From Candidatus Eiseniibacteriota bacterium (GTDB lineage: Bacteria > Eisenbacteria > RBG-16-71-46), in NCBI GenBank assembly GCA_044223005.1, contig JBGAML010000020.1, positions 1-64,000 on the forward strand: a DNA stretch of 64,000 nt, read 5' to 3'. Shown here one piece after another: positions 37,519 to 49,302 of the stretch. The notes beneath the pieces were generated by a model, which was not told the DNA's origin, made no database searches, and was given only the letters and a program-made list of their open reading frames with translations. The translations under genes and the position numbers were made by a program. The stretch's first letter is position 1. Each line of letters starts with the position of its first letter.

Positions 37519-38304
37519 ATGTCCAATCGCACGCTGTGGATCCTCTCGATCGTCCTCACCCTGGTGCTCGCCGTGTGGCAGCGCGTGAGCGGCCCGACCT
37601 TCCCGATCTACGGCAGCTCGACGCTCGCCGGCGCGCACTTCAAGTACAAGCTCGAGCGCACGCACGCGGGGCCGGGCGATCACGTCGTCCTCATCGCCCC
37701 CGGTGCGGGCACCGAGGGCACGCTCGAATGGCGCGAACACGTCGAGGGCGGCGACGGTGGATGGACGTCGCTCGACATGGCGCCGCGCTCGACGCGCGCC
37801 GATCTCGCGGCGCCGATTCCCCACCACGGACCGGGACAGAAAGTCGACTACCGGGTCACGCTGCGCGCCGGCGAGGAGACGCTCGTGCTGCCGACGAAGG
37901 GCGTCGCGACGCTGCGCTTCCGCTCCGACGTGCCCGCGTGGGTGCTGATCCCCCACATCATCGCGATGATGGGCGCACTCATGCTCTCGGTGCGCGCCGC
38001 GCTCGAGTGCACGCAGCGCGCGCCGCAGCTCAAGTTCCTCACGCTGCGCACGCTCGCGGCGCTCTTCGTGGGCGGCTTCCTGCTCGGCTGCATGGTGAGC
38101 GGCTACGCATTCGGCCAGCCGTGGGGCGGCTTCCCGCTCGGCAACGACGCCACGGACAACAAGACGCTGCTCGCGTTCCTGGCGTGGCTGGTCGCGGGCG
38201 TGGCGGTGTTCCGCATGCGCAATCCGCGCGGGTTCGTGATCGCGGCCGCGGTGGTGACGCTGCTCGTCTACCTGGTGCCGCACAGCGTCACGATGCCGCG
38301 CTGA
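37519..38304 (+). CDS. Hypothetical membrane protein
   Basis: N-terminal TM, soluble beta domain, about four C-terminal TMs, and AFGQPWGGFPLGNDATDNKTL. Confidence 0.75.
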   Translation: MSNRTLWILSIVLTLVLAVWQRVSGPTFPIYGSSTLAGAHFKYKLERTHAGPGDHVVLIAPGAGTEGTLEWREHVEGGDGGWTSLDMAPRSTRADLAAPIPHHGPGQKVDYRVTLRAGEETLVLPTKGVATLRFRSDVPAWVLIPHIIAMMGALMLSVRAALECTQRAPQLKFLTLRTLAALFVGGFLLGCMVSGYAFGQPWGGFPLGNDATDNKTLLAFLAWLVAGVAVFRMRNPRGFVIAAAVVTLLVYLVPHSVTMPR

Positions 38305-38343
38305 CGGCCGCGCGGGGCGTCCCGGGACGTCCCGCGAACCGGC

Positions 38344-39276
38344 TCAGGAGTTGCGGCCCGCGCCGCGGTCGAGCCCCACGTCGTCCCACGACGCGGGGTC
38401 CTCGATCGATTCGAGGTGCGTGAGCACCGAGCAGTTCGGCACCGCGGCGCGGATGTCGGCCTCGATCCGCTCGAGCAGCAGGTGGCCGTCGTGCACGCTC
38501 CACGCCCCCGGCACGAGCACGTGCACGCTCACGAAGCGGCGGACGCCGGCCTGCCGCGTGCGCAGCGCGTGGAACTCGACGCCCTCGCCGCGCCAGCGTT
38601 CGAGCACCGCCTGCACGCCGCGCAGTTCGTCCGGCGGCACCGCGCGGTCCATGAGCCCGTGGACCGACTCGCGCACGATGCGCGTGCCCGTCCACACGAT
38701 GTTGGCGGCGACGAGCAGCGCGACGATCGAATCCAGCGGCCGCCAGCCGGTCCACGCGGTGAGTCCGACGCCCACGATGACGCCGACCGAGGTCCAGACG
38801 TCCGTCAGGAGGTGCTGGGCGTTCGCCTCGAGCGTGATCGACTGCTGACGGCGGCCGGTGCGCAGAAGCACCATCGCGACGCCGAGGTTGAGCAGCGAGG
38901 CGGCGGTCGACACCACCAGGCCGACGCCGACCTGCTCGAGCGGCCGCGGGTGCAGCAGCCGGGCGAGCGCCGCCCAGGCGATGCTGGCCGCGGCGACGAG
39001 GATCAGCGTGCCTTCGACGCCACTCGAGAAGTACTCGGCCTTGCCGTGACCGTGCGGGTGCTCGTCGTCCTCGGGGCGCGCCGCGACCGTGAGCATCGCG
39101 AGGGCCATCAGCGCCCCCGCGAGGTTCACCAACGACTCGAGCGCGTCCGAGAGCAGGCCCACCGAGCCGGTGAGTGCGTACGCGGCGCCCTTGAGCGCCA
39201 TGGTCGCGATCGCGGCGGCGATCGACAACCACGCGAAGCGGCGCAGGTCCGCTCGGTCGGCGAGACCGGTGTTCAT
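38344..39276 (-). CDS. Cation diffusion facilitator (FieF-like)
   Basis: [25 protein letters not shown] and THLE motifs. Confidence 0.9.
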   Translation of the reverse strand: MNTGLADRADLRRFAWLSIAAAIATMALKGAAYALTGSVGLLSDALESLVNLAGALMALAMLTVAARPEDDEHPHGHGKAEYFSSGVEGTLILVAAASIAWAALARLLHPRPLEQVGVGLVVSTAASLLNLGVAMVLLRTGRRQQSITLEANAQHLLTDVWTSVGVIVGVGLTAWTGWRPLDSIVALLVAANIVWTGTRIVRESVHGLMDRAVPPDELRGVQAVLERWRGEGVEFHALRTRQAGVRRFVSVHVLVPGAWSVHDGHLLLERIEADIRAAVPNCSVLTHLESIEDPASWDDVGLDRGAGRNS

Positions 39277-39298
39277 GAGGATGCGTCCGGCAGGGCTC

Positions 39299-40945
39299 CT
39301 ACTTCGAGCCCTTGCCTTCCGCCTTCTTCTTCGCCTCTTCCATCGCCTTGCGCAGTGCCAGCGCCATCACGGTCGGCTCGTTCGGCGACGTCGGCGTCGA
39401 CCACGACTGCGGCCCGCGCTCCTCGCGCCCACCGCGACCGCCACGGCCTCCGCGTCCACCCCGATCCCCGCGATCGCCGCGGTCCCCGCGCTCGCCGCCC
39501 CGGGCGGGACGATCCGAACGCTCCGGACGCGGTGCGCGCTCCTCGACGACCGGCGTCGCGCCCTCGAGCCGGAGGCGCAGCTTGCCCTCCTTGCTCTCGA
39601 GGATCTCGACGCGCACCGGCTTGCCGACGGCGAAGTGCTGGGCGAGGTCGGTGCCGCGCGGGAAGCCCGTCTCCTCGCGCGGCATCAGGCCGCTCGCGCG
39701 CGCGCCGAGCTCGGGCAGGTCCACGAACACGCCGAACGGCTTGATGCTGCCGACGCGGCCTTCGACGATCTCGCCCACCTCGGGCGTGCGGGCCGGCGGC
39801 AGGCTGGCCGCGAGCGCCTCGCGCACGGAGAGCGCGATGCGCTTCTTGTCGGGCTCGACCGCCATCACCACCGCTTCGACGCTCTGGCCGGTCTTGAAGA
39901 CCTCCTTCACGTGGACGACGCGGTGCAGCGCGGCCTGCGACACGTGCACGAGCCCGTCGATGCCGGGCTCGAGCGACACGAACGCGCCGAACTCGGTCAT
40001 GCGCGCCACCGTCCCGGTCACGCGCGCGCCGGGCGCATAGCGCGCCTCGATGCCCGCCCACGGATCCGGAGCGATCGCCTTGATCGAGAGCGCGAGCTTG
40101 GGCCGGCCTTCCTTGCCCGTCGTGATCTTGAGGATCTTCACGCGGACCGTCTCGCCTTCCTTGAGGACCTGGCGCGGATGGCCGACGTGCGTGTGGCTGA
40201 TCTCGGACACGTGCACGAGGCCGTCGACGCCACCGAGGTCGATGAACGCTCCGAACGCCTCGAGCTTGCGGACCTTGCCCTCGCGCTCGTCACCCGCCTG
40301 CAGCGTCGCGAGCAGCTGCTTGCCGGCTGCCGAGCTCTCGCGCTTGAGCAGCGCGCGCCGCGAGAGCACCGCGTTGCCGCGCCCCTCCTCGACCGACGTG
40401 ACGAGGAACTCGAGCGTACGGCCGACGTAGCTCGACGGGTCGGCGCAGAAGCCGAGTTCGATCTGCGACATGGGGCAGAAGCCGCGCACGCCGGAGAGAT
40501 CGACGGCGAGTCCGCCGGAGTTCACGCTCGTGACCTTGCCCGACACCGGGGCGCCCGCGGCCTGCGCCTCGCGCAGCTGGCCGAGCGCCGCCTTCGGCTC
40601 CGTGCGCACCGTGGGCGCGAGCACGACCGAATCGCCGGCGTCCACGACGAACAGATCGACCTCGTCGCCCACCGCGATGCGGAGCGAGCCGTCGTCGTTG
40701 CGGAAGTGCTTCGTCTCGACGGCGCCTTCGCTGCGGCCCCCGAAGTCCACGAGGGCGTTCTCGTCACCGATCGAGACGACGCGCCCGTGGACCTTCGTGC
40801 CGACGGCGACGTCGGCGTCCGCCGCCGCCGCCGGTGCCGACTGGTCGAACTCCTGGAGGGCGCGGGCGAATTCCTCCGAGGGGCGTTCGGCGTCCACTTC
40901 GGCTTCGGTGGGGGTCGGATCGATCGGGGGCGTGTCGTGCGACAT
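39299..40945 (-). CDS. Multi-S1-domain RNA-binding protein (ribosomal protein S1-like, probably a paralog)
   Basis: About five S1 repeats ([45 protein letters not shown]) and an RG-rich tail. Confidence 0.85.
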   Translation of the reverse strand: MSHDTPPIDPTPTEAEVDAERPSEEFARALQEFDQSAPAAAADADVAVGTKVHGRVVSIGDENALVDFGGRSEGAVETKHFRNDDGSLRIAVGDEVDLFVVDAGDSVVLAPTVRTEPKAALGQLREAQAAGAPVSGKVTSVNSGGLAVDLSGVRGFCPMSQIELGFCADPSSYVGRTLEFLVTSVEEGRGNAVLSRRALLKRESSAAGKQLLATLQAGDEREGKVRKLEAFGAFIDLGGVDGLVHVSEISHTHVGHPRQVLKEGETVRVKILKITTGKEGRPKLALSIKAIAPDPWAGIEARYAPGARVTGTVARMTEFGAFVSLEPGIDGLVHVSQAALHRVVHVKEVFKTGQSVEAVVMAVEPDKKRIALSVREALAASLPPARTPEVGEIVEGRVGSIKPFGVFVDLPELGARASGLMPREETGFPRGTDLAQHFAVGKPVRVEILESKEGKLRLRLEGATPVVEERAPRPERSDRPARGGERGDRGDRGDRGGRGGRGGRGGREERGPQSWSTPTSPNEPTVMALALRKAMEEAKKKAEGKGSK

Positions 40946-41162
40946 GGACGGGCCTGCCTCTTCCGGATGTGGGCGACGAGCGCGGCGAGCACGCGCCCCA
41001 ATGCGGGGCGCCGTCACAGCGAGGTGAAGATTCGGAGCGACAAGGGTGCCGCAGGAACCGTGTTTCCCGCAAGTCGTCTAGTATGCTGTCGACACGGGGC
41101 GTCCGGCCGCCCGGCTGAGCGCCCATGAAACACCGCGAAGACCAATCCCGGGGCTCCCCGTC

Positions 41163-42359
41163 ATGCCGTCGATCCTGCCCTTGCCATACCGCGCCACCGC
41201 CGCGCTCGTCCTCGCCGGGGCGCTGATCCTGCCCGCCGCCGGCTGCGCCAAGAAGGCCCCCCCGCGCTCGAATCGCGTCCCGGTCACGGTGGCGCGTGTC
41301 GAAAAGCGCTCGATGCCTTACGCCATCCTGGCCTCGGGCACCGTCGAACCCATCCAGACCGCCTCGGTCGGCTCGCAGGTCGGGGGCGTCGTGACCCGGA
41401 TCCTGTTCCACGAGGGCCAGGACGTCCGGGCCGGTGCGCCGCTCATCGCGCTCGATTCCCGTCCGTTCCAGGCCTCGCTGGCCCAGGCGAACGCGGCGCT
41501 GGCACGCGACCGCGCGCAGGCCACGACCGCCCGGCTCGACGCCGAGCGCGCCGAGAAGCTCTTCCAGCAGAACCTGCTCGCGCAGGCCGACTGGGACGCC
41601 AAGCGCGCCGCGTGGGAAGCGCTGCGAGCCACCGTGCAGGCGGATTCGGCGCTCGTCGACCAGGCGCGGCTCTCGCTCGACTACGCGACCATCCGCGCGC
41701 CCATCTCGGGCCGCACCGGGGTGCTCAACGTGCACGTCGGCGACTACGTGAAGTCGGCGACCAGCGATCCGCTCGTCACCGTGAACCAGGTGCGCCCGAT
41801 CTACGTGCGCTTCACCGTCTCCGAGGACGACCGGCCCGCGGTCCAGCGCGTCCGCGACCAGCGCCCGACCGTGCTGGTGCGCCCGAGCGAGGACGACAGC
41901 GTCGAGATCGCCGGCAAGCTCGTGTTCGTCGACAACGCGGTCGATCCCGCGACCGGCACGCTCACGCTCAAGGCCGAGTTCCCGAACGCGGACGGCCGGC
42001 TCTGGCCGGGCGAGTTCGTCGAGGTGCGGCTCGTGCTGCAGGTGCAGCACGACGCGATCGTCGTGCCCGCGCCGGCGGTGAACAACGGCCAGCAGGGCAC
42101 CTACGTCTACGTGATGAACCCGGATTCCTCGGCGACCTCCAAGCCGGTACAGGTCCTGCGCTCGGACGACGCGCTGGCCGTGATCGCGAGCGGGCTCGAG
42201 CCCGGCGAGATCGTGGTCACCGACGGGCAGTTCCGCATCTCCCCCGGCGCGCATCTCGTCGTACGCGCGCCGGTTGCGAAACGCGGGGCGCCGGGCGCCG
42301 GTACGGGCGGCGCGGCGCAGGCGTCGGCCGGCCGGCCGGGCGGTCACGGCAAGCCATGA
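41163..42359 (+). CDS. RND efflux periplasmic adaptor (MdtA-like)
   Basis: Lipobox AAGC; IRAPISGRTG, DNAVDPATGT and LWPGEFV motifs. Confidence 0.9.
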   Translation: MPSILPLPYRATAALVLAGALILPAAGCAKKAPPRSNRVPVTVARVEKRSMPYAILASGTVEPIQTASVGSQVGGVVTRILFHEGQDVRAGAPLIALDSRPFQASLAQANAALARDRAQATTARLDAERAEKLFQQNLLAQADWDAKRAAWEALRATVQADSALVDQARLSLDYATIRAPISGRTGVLNVHVGDYVKSATSDPLVTVNQVRPIYVRFTVSEDDRPAVQRVRDQRPTVLVRPSEDDSVEIAGKLVFVDNAVDPATGTLTLKAEFPNADGRLWPGEFVEVRLVLQVQHDAIVVPAPAVNNGQQGTYVYVMNPDSSATSKPVQVLRSDDALAVIASGLEPGEIVVTDGQFRISPGAHLVVRAPVAKRGAPGAGTGGAAQASAGRPGGHGKP

Positions 42360-45300
42360 ACCTGTCCGACATCTTCATCCGCCGGCCGATCGCCACCACG
42401 CTCGTGATGGTGGGGATCCTGATCTTCGGCATCGTGGGCTACACCCAACTGCCGGTCTCCGACCTGCCCAACGTCGACTACCCGATCATCTCGGTGAACG
42501 CCGGCCTCGCCGGCGCCTCCCCGGAGACGATGGCGTCCGCGGTCGCGACGCCGCTGGAGAAGCAGTTCTCCACGATCCCCGGGCTCGACGTGATGACGTC
42601 TTCGTCGACGCAGGGCCAGACCAGCATCACGCTGCAGTTCGCGCTGGACCGCAGCATCGACGCCGCCGCGCAGGACGTGCAGGCCGCGATCGCCCAGACG
42701 CTGCGGCGGCTGCCCACCGGCATCACGCCGCCGTCGTACCAGAAGGTGAACCCGGCCGATTCGCCGATCGTCTTCTACGCGCTCTCCTCCAAGCAGATGT
42801 CACTGTCCAAGCTGGACGACTACGCGGAGAACTTCCTCGCGCAGCGCCTCTCCATGGTCAACGGCGTCGCGCAGGTGCAGGTCTTCGGCGCGCAGAAGTA
42901 CGCGGTGCGGGTGCAGCTGAACCCGCACGCCCTGAACGCGCTCGGCGTCGGCATCGACGAGGTCTCGGCGGCGATCAACGCCGGCAACGTCAACCTGCCG
43001 ACCGGCATTCTCTGGGGCCGCAACCGCACGGCGACCGTGCAGGCCAACGGACAGCTCGGAAACGCGAAGGACTTCGGCGACCTCGTGGTCGCGTGGCGCA
43101 ACGGCGCCCCGGTGCGCGTCCGCGACCTCGGGCAGGTGATCGACGACGTGCAGAACAACCGCGTCGCGAGCTGGGTGCACGGCGATCGCGCGATGGTGCT
43201 GGCGATCCAGCGCCAGCCAGGCACCAACACCGTCGAGGTCGCCGACCGCGTGCAGGACCTGATCGACCGGCTGCAGCCGCAGCTGCCGGCGTCGGTGTCG
43301 ATCAACCGGCTCTACGACCGCTCGGTCTCGATCCGCAACTCGGTGAAGGACGTCCAGTTCACGCTGCTGCTGACGTTCGCGCTCGTCGTGATGGTGATCT
43401 TCCTGTTCCTCAAGAACCTCCCCGCGACGATCATCCCGAGCCTCGCGCTGCCGCTGTCGGTCGTCGGCACGTTCGCGGTGATGAACCGGCTCGGGTACAA
43501 CCTCGACAACCTCTCGCTGATGGCATTGACGCTGTCGGTCGGGTTCGTCGTGGACGACGCGATCGTGATGCTGGAGAACATCCACCGGCACATGGAGATG
43601 GGAAAGCCCGCGATGCAGGCGGCGCTCGACGGCTCGCGCGAGATCGGCTTCACCATCCTCTCCATGACGCTCTCGCTCGTCGCCGTGTTCATCCCCGTGC
43701 TGCTGATGGGCGGCCTGCTCGGGCGGCTGTTCCACGAGTTCGCGGTCACGATCTCGGCCTCGATCCTGGTGTCGGGCTTCGTCTCGCTGACGCTGACGCC
43801 CATGCTGTGCAGCCGGTTCCTCAAGGCCGAGCACGCGCAGCAGCACGGCCGCGCCTACGTGGCGATCGAGGACGTCTACCAGCGGATCCTGAAGGCGTAC
43901 GAGCGCTCGCTCGCGTGGGTCATGGACCACCGGCGCGCGGCCCTCGTCTTCTCGGTCGCCATCCTCGCCGGCACCGTGATGCTGTTCCGGATCGTGCCCA
44001 AGGGCTTCATCCCGAGCGAGGACACCGGCCAGCTGCAGTGCACCACCGAAGCGGCCGAGGGCACCGCCTTCGAGGCGATGATGGAGCACCAGAAGCAGGT
44101 CGCCGCGATCGTGCAGCAGGATCCCAACGTGATGGACTTCATGTCCACTGCGGGCGGCGGCGGCGTGAGCTCGACCAACCAGGGCCGGCTCTTCATCCGG
44201 CTCAAGCCGCGCAACCAGCGCAAGCTCTCCGCGGACGAGGTCATCCGCGAGCTGGGCCCCAAGCTCTCGCGCGTGCCCGGCATCCGCTGCTACCTCGTGA
44301 ACCCGCCCGTGATCAGCGTCGGCGGCCGCGTGGCGAAGAGCCAGTACCAGTTCACGCTGCAGAGCACCGACCTCGCCACGCTCTACGACGGCGCCACCGC
44401 GCTGCTGCAGCGCCTGCAGCAAGACGCCGCGCTCCAGGACGTGACGAGCGACCTGCAGATCCGCAATCCCCAGGTGCAGGTCGCGATCGACCGCGATCGC
44501 GCCGCGGCGCTCGGCGTGACGGCGCTGCAGATCGAGCAGGCGCTCTACAGCGCTTACGGCTCGTCGCAGATCTCGACCATCTACACCCCCAACGACCAGT
44601 ACTGGGTGATCATGGAGCTCATGCCCCAGTACCAGCGCGACCCCACCGCGCTGTCGCTGCTCTCCGTGCGCTCGAAGACCGGCTCGCTGGTGCCGCTGGG
44701 CTCGGTCGCGCGGCTCACCGCCACGGTCGGACCGCTGTCGGTGAACCACGCCGGCCAGATTCCCGCCGTGACGCTGTCCTTCAACCTGCGCCCGGGCGTG
44801 GCGCTGGGCGAGGGCACGGCGGCGGTCGAGAAGGCCGCGCGCGAGGTGCTCCCGGCCAGCATCAGCACGAACTTCTTCGGCACCGCGCAGGTGTTCCAGT
44901 CGAGCCAGCAGGGCCTGCTCGCGCTGCTCGTGCTCGCCGTGCTCGTCATCTACCTCGTGCTGGGCGTGCTCTACGAGAGCTTCATCCACCCGCTGACGAT
45001 TCTCTCGGGGCTGCCGTTCGCGGGGTTCGGCGCACTGCTCACGCTGCTCGTGTTCCGCACCGACCTCAGCATCTACGCGTTCGTCGGCATCATCATGCTG
45101 ATCGGACTCGTGAAGAAGAACGCGATCATGATGATCGACTTCGCGCTGGACGCCGAGCGCAACGAGGGCAAGTCGCCGCGCGAGGCGATCCTCGACGCGT
45201 GCTCGGTGCGCTTCCGCCCGATCATGATGACCACGATGGCCGCGCTCATGGGCACGCTGCCGATCGCCGTCGGCTTCGGCGCCGGCGCCGAGTCGCGGCG

Positions 45301-45472
45301 GCCGCTGGGCCTCGCGGTCGTGGGCGGCCTCGCCGTCTCGCAGTTGATCACGCTCTACGTGACGCCCGTGTTCTACACGTACCTCGACGGCCTGCAGAAG
45401 CGGCTCGCGCGCCGGAAGGCGCCGGCCGGCGCGGCCGTCCCGGCGAACGCGAGCGCGCCCGCGCGTCACTGA
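42356..45472 (+). CDS. RND efflux permease (MdtB/MdtC-like)
   Basis: FIRRPIATTL, GFVVDDAIVMLENI and RFRPIMMTT motifs; ATGA overlap with the adaptor gene. Confidence 0.95.
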   Translation: MNLSDIFIRRPIATTLVMVGILIFGIVGYTQLPVSDLPNVDYPIISVNAGLAGASPETMASAVATPLEKQFSTIPGLDVMTSSSTQGQTSITLQFALDRSIDAAAQDVQAAIAQTLRRLPTGITPPSYQKVNPADSPIVFYALSSKQMSLSKLDDYAENFLAQRLSMVNGVAQVQVFGAQKYAVRVQLNPHALNALGVGIDEVSAAINAGNVNLPTGILWGRNRTATVQANGQLGNAKDFGDLVVAWRNGAPVRVRDLGQVIDDVQNNRVASWVHGDRAMVLAIQRQPGTNTVEVADRVQDLIDRLQPQLPASVSINRLYDRSVSIRNSVKDVQFTLLLTFALVVMVIFLFLKNLPATIIPSLALPLSVVGTFAVMNRLGYNLDNLSLMALTLSVGFVVDDAIVMLENIHRHMEMGKPAMQAALDGSREIGFTILSMTLSLVAVFIPVLLMGGLLGRLFHEFAVTISASILVSGFVSLTLTPMLCSRFLKAEHAQQHGRAYVAIEDVYQRILKAYERSLAWVMDHRRAALVFSVAILAGTVMLFRIVPKGFIPSEDTGQLQCTTEAAEGTAFEAMMEHQKQVAAIVQQDPNVMDFMSTAGGGGVSSTNQGRLFIRLKPRNQRKLSADEVIRELGPKLSRVPGIRCYLVNPPVISVGGRVAKSQYQFTLQSTDLATLYDGATALLQRLQQDAALQDVTSDLQIRNPQVQVAIDRDRAAALGVTALQIEQALYSAYGSSQISTIYTPNDQYWVIMELMPQYQRDPTALSLLSVRSKTGSLVPLGSVARLTATVGPLSVNHAGQIPAVTLSFNLRPGVALGEGTAAVEKAAREVLPASISTNFFGTAQVFQSSQQGLLALLVLAVLVIYLVLGVLYESFIHPLTILSGLPFAGFGALLTLLVFRTDLSIYAFVGIIMLIGLVKKNAIMMIDFALDAERNEGKSPREAILDACSVRFRPIMMTTMAALMGTLPIAVGFGAGAESRRPLGLAVVGGLAVSQLITLYVTPVFYTYLDGLQKRLARRKAPAGAAVPANASAPARH

Positions 45473-45500
45473 CGCGCGGCGGCGGAGACCGGTGCGGGCT

Positions 45501-46271
45501 TCAGATGCCCGCGCCGGCCTCCAGCTCCGGAGCGGTCGCGCGCGCGTCGGCGGCGTCCGTGGCCATGGCCCGGAACGCCTCCTCGATGTCGGCGCGCGTG
45601 AGCCCGCGCGGCAGCACGATCTCGACCGGCTGCTGGCGCAGCGCCGCCACCTCGCGCGCGAGGCCCTGCACCTGCTCGTGGAGCGCGGTGATCGCACGCG
45701 CCGTGGGATCGGGCAGCCGGTTGTGCTCGAGTTCGTGGCCGGGCCGCTGCTCCTCGGACGGCTTTTCCTCGAGCACCCGCCCGGGAATGCCGACGATCGT
45801 CGAGTGCGGCGGCGACGACTTGATCACCACGGACCCGGAGCCCACGCGCGTGTGCGCCCCAAGCGTGATGGCGCCGAGCACCTTGGCGCCCGAGCCCACG
45901 ACCACGTGCGGCTCCAGCGTCGGGTGGCGCTTGCCCGGCGACAGCGACGTGCCGCCGAGCGTCACGCCCTGGTAGATGAGGCAGTCGTCCCCCACCTCGG
46001 CCGTCTCGCCGATCACGACGCCCATGCCGTGGTCGATGAACACGCGCCGCCCGATGCGGGCGCCGGGGTGGATCTCGATGCCGGTCCAGAAGCGCGTCCA
46101 CTGCGAGAGCAGCCGGGGCAGCACCGGCACGCGCCACCGCCACAGGCGGTGCGCGATCCGGTGCCCCCACAGCGCGTGCAGGCCGGGATAGCAGAGCAGG
46201 ATCTCGAGCGCGTTCCGTGCGGCGGGATCCTTCCGCCGCACGGTGCGCAGGTCTTCGACGAGGCGGAACAC
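45501..46271 (-). CDS. cysE: Serine O-acetyltransferase
   Basis: [28 protein letters not shown] and KRHPT motifs; C-terminal GAGI; GTG start after SD aaaggag. Confidence 0.95.
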   Translation of the reverse strand: MFRLVEDLRTVRRKDPAARNALEILLCYPGLHALWGHRIAHRLWRWRVPVLPRLLSQWTRFWTGIEIHPGARIGRRVFIDHGMGVVIGETAEVGDDCLIYQGVTLGGTSLSPGKRHPTLEPHVVVGSGAKVLGAITLGAHTRVGSGSVVIKSSPPHSTIVGIPGRVLEEKPSEEQRPGHELEHNRLPDPTARAITALHEQVQGLAREVAALRQQPVEIVLPRGLTRADIEEAFRAMATDAADARATAPELEAGAGI

Positions 46272-46285
46272 GTTCGGCTCCTTTC

Positions 46286-47239
<954 letters not shown>

Positions 47240-47285
47240 GCCAGGCTCCTCGGTGGGTGTGCGACGGAGCGGACCGGAAATGCGA

Positions 47286-47324
47286 AAGGCAGCCGTCCGT
47301 CGCGGGTGCGATGACGGCTGCCTT
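47286..47324 (-). terminator. Putative attenuator terminator in the cysK leader
   Basis: 12-bp stem aaggcagccgtc / gacggctgcctt, followed on the mRNA strand by tcgcatttcc. Lies between the leader ORF and cysK. Confidence 0.6.
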
Positions 47325-47346
47325 CTCGTCGGCGAATCGGTGCGCG

Positions 47347-47436
47347 TCAGGCCATGCGCAGCGGAGTCGCGAACGGGAGGCTTCCGCCTCGCCCGCGACA
47401 ACAACAGGTCCGCAGCATGGAATCGGGACGCGTCAT
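47347..47436 (-). CDS. Putative Cys-rich leader (attenuator) peptide, 29 aa
   Basis: Hand translation [29 protein letters not shown], with three consecutive TGT codons. Not in the ORF track. Confidence 0.65.
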   Translation of the reverse strand: MTRPDSMLRTCCCRGRGGSLPFATPLRMA

Positions 47437-47446
47437 GGCAGGAACG

Positions 47447-47455
47447 ATCCTATCA
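47447..47455 (-). promoter_or_regulatory. Extended -10 element for the cysK leader transcript
   Basis: Minus strand TGA-TAGGAT (TGn-TAnnnT), 10 nt before the leader ATG. Confidence 0.45.
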
Positions 47456-47496
47456 CGGTGCGCGCCGCACGCCGCGGCGGAAATGCCGTGTCGCGG

Positions 47497-48057
47497 TCAC
47501 GCATGCGAAGCGCCCGCGGCATCCGGCTTGAGTTTCGGGGCCCAGCGCGCCCGCAGCTTGGCGAGCTTGGGCGAGATCACCGCCCGGCAGTACGGCTGGC
47601 CGGAGTTGCGGCGGTAGTGGCCCTGGTGACCGGCGTCGGCCGGGAGGAACTGCTCGAACGGGACGATCTCGGTCACGATCGGGTCGGACCACGTCCCCTC
47701 GGCCGTGAGCTCGGCGATCGCCGCGCGGGCGGCGCGTTCCTGCTCGGGCGAATGGAAGAAGATGGCCGACCGGTACTGGGTGCCGACATCGGCGCCCTGG
47801 CGGTTCAGCGTCGTCGGGTCGTGGATCGTGAAGAAGACGGCCAGCAGGTCGGCGTACGAGATCACGTCCGGGTCGAAGGTGACCTGGACCACTTCGGCAT
47901 GGCCGCTGCGGCCTTCACAGACCTCGCGGTACGTGGTCACGCGCGGGTCCCCGCCTGCGAACCCGGACTGGACGCCATGAACGCCCTGGAGGGCTTCGTA
48001 GGCCGCCTCGAGGCACCAGAAGCAGCCGCCGGCGAGTGTCGCGATCTCGTTTTTCAT
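47497..48057 (-). CDS. msrA: Peptide-methionine (S)-S-oxide reductase
   Basis: AGGCFWC, GHAEVV and DPTTLNRQGADVGTQYRS motifs. Confidence 0.95.
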   Translation of the reverse strand: MKNEIATLAGGCFWCLEAAYEALQGVHGVQSGFAGGDPRVTTYREVCEGRSGHAEVVQVTFDPDVISYADLLAVFFTIHDPTTLNRQGADVGTQYRSAIFFHSPEQERAARAAIAELTAEGTWSDPIVTEIVPFEQFLPADAGHQGHYRRNSGQPYCRAVISPKLAKLRARWAPKLKPDAAGASHA

Positions 48058-48124
48058 GCCCGATTGGATGCGTCCGCCCGGCCGCGCGGTTCGGCCACGG
48101 GGTCACGCTCCTGCAAGAAAGACG

Positions 48125-48154
48125 CGGCGGCCGCTCCCGGAGGAGCGGCCGCCG
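48125..48154 (-). terminator. Intrinsic terminator hairpin
   Basis: cggcggccgctcc-cgga-ggagcggccgccg, followed on the minus strand by cgtcttttctt. Confidence 0.75.
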
Positions 48155-48179
48155 TTCACTGCCGGATGCGGATTCGAGA

Positions 48180-49046
48180 CTAGCGGTACAGCGCCTTCAT
48201 CGCGCCCCACGTGGTGGAGTGCGTCGGCGTCGACTGCAGGTTCTCGAACGTGATGTTCGACCACGTGCCCTTCATGTACGTGTCGAAGTTCGGGCCGTCG
48301 CTGATGACGCCGATGCCGCCGCCAGCGTACGCCGGGTTCAGGATGCCCCACAGACCGTGCGGCGGATCTTCGGCCGGGTTGCCCTGGTCGAGGAGCAGGT
48401 AGCCCGTGTTGTAGTCCGTGCCGCCGTACGTGAGGTAGAACTTCACGCGGCCGGGGTACAGGTCCGACGGGCCGGTCGGGCCGGAGATGTACTCCATGCC
48501 CAGGTGGATCGTCGTGCCCTTGACGTACGAAAGCGACGAGCCCCAGTAGTTCTGGGCCGCGGCCGGGTTCGTCCAGGTCACGAACGGCATGCGGCCACCG
48601 AACGCCGCGATTTCGCCACCACCGAAGCCGCCCTTGACGTTGATGCGGCCGTCCATCGGGTACCACCACGGAGCGATGTTGATGAAGGCCTCGGCGCCCT
48701 GCGCGCTGTTGCCGTCGATGACCATGTCCGTCGAGAAACGGAAGTTGTCATCGTTGTGCACCAGAGCGTCGGTCGAGCCACCGTCATCCGAGAAGCGCCA
48801 GAAGCTGTTGTTCATCCAGCCCGTGCACGGCAGGAACGAATCCTGGATCGCGACCGAGAACGGGTAGTTGCTGGTACCCGTCACGATGGACACGGGGCAC
48901 TGGATCGTGGTCTCCCACGGCGCCATGTAGTGCAGCGTGAAGTGCACGTTGTTGGGGTTCGGCGCCAGGGCGTGAGCCGTGGTCGCGCCGAACACCAGCG
49001 TCGTGGCGGCGAGGAGCGCCAGGCTGTAGTAACCGATCCGCTTCAT
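48180..49046 (-). CDS. Secreted beta-rich protein with TWGxxKxxYR tail
   Basis: SD taaggagg, signal peptide ending AHA, C-terminus STPTHSTTWGAMKALYR. Confidence 0.8.
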   Translation of the reverse strand: MKRIGYYSLALLAATTLVFGATTAHALAPNPNNVHFTLHYMAPWETTIQCPVSIVTGTSNYPFSVAIQDSFLPCTGWMNNSFWRFSDDGGSTDALVHNDDNFRFSTDMVIDGNSAQGAEAFINIAPWWYPMDGRINVKGGFGGGEIAAFGGRMPFVTWTNPAAAQNYWGSSLSYVKGTTIHLGMEYISGPTGPSDLYPGRVKFYLTYGGTDYNTGYLLLDQGNPAEDPPHGLWGILNPAYAGGGIGVISDGPNFDTYMKGTWSNITFENLQSTPTHSTTWGAMKALYR

Positions 49047-49288
49047 GATTGGGGATCCTCCTTAGCGGGTGAGACTCGGGACTGCACGTTGCGGATCCTG
49101 CGGGAACGACTTCACTGCTGGCCTGCGTTGGACTGCACTTCGAAGACACCATCCGGACTTTGTTCGGGTCCGACCTCCCCGTTGCATCCGGACCTCGTCG
49201 CGAGGCTCCCAACACCGCCGCGTCGACTTCGCGTGTCGTCGGAGTGCCGGCCGCGCACGCGGTCGTGTGGACCGCAGTCGGCCTTCGG

Positions 49289-49302
49289 TGAAAACGATTA
49301 CA
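49289..49302. promoter_or_regulatory. Putative LacI/GalR-family operator
   Basis: TGAAAACGATTACA fits the TGWAANCGNTNWCA palindrome. It overlaps the -10 position of a minus-strand TTGACG-N17-TAATCG promoter candidate (49295..49323). Confidence 0.6.

Noticed and set aside
41163..45472. RND pump lacking an outer-membrane factor gene
   Set aside because: Common; TolC-like partners are often encoded elsewhere.
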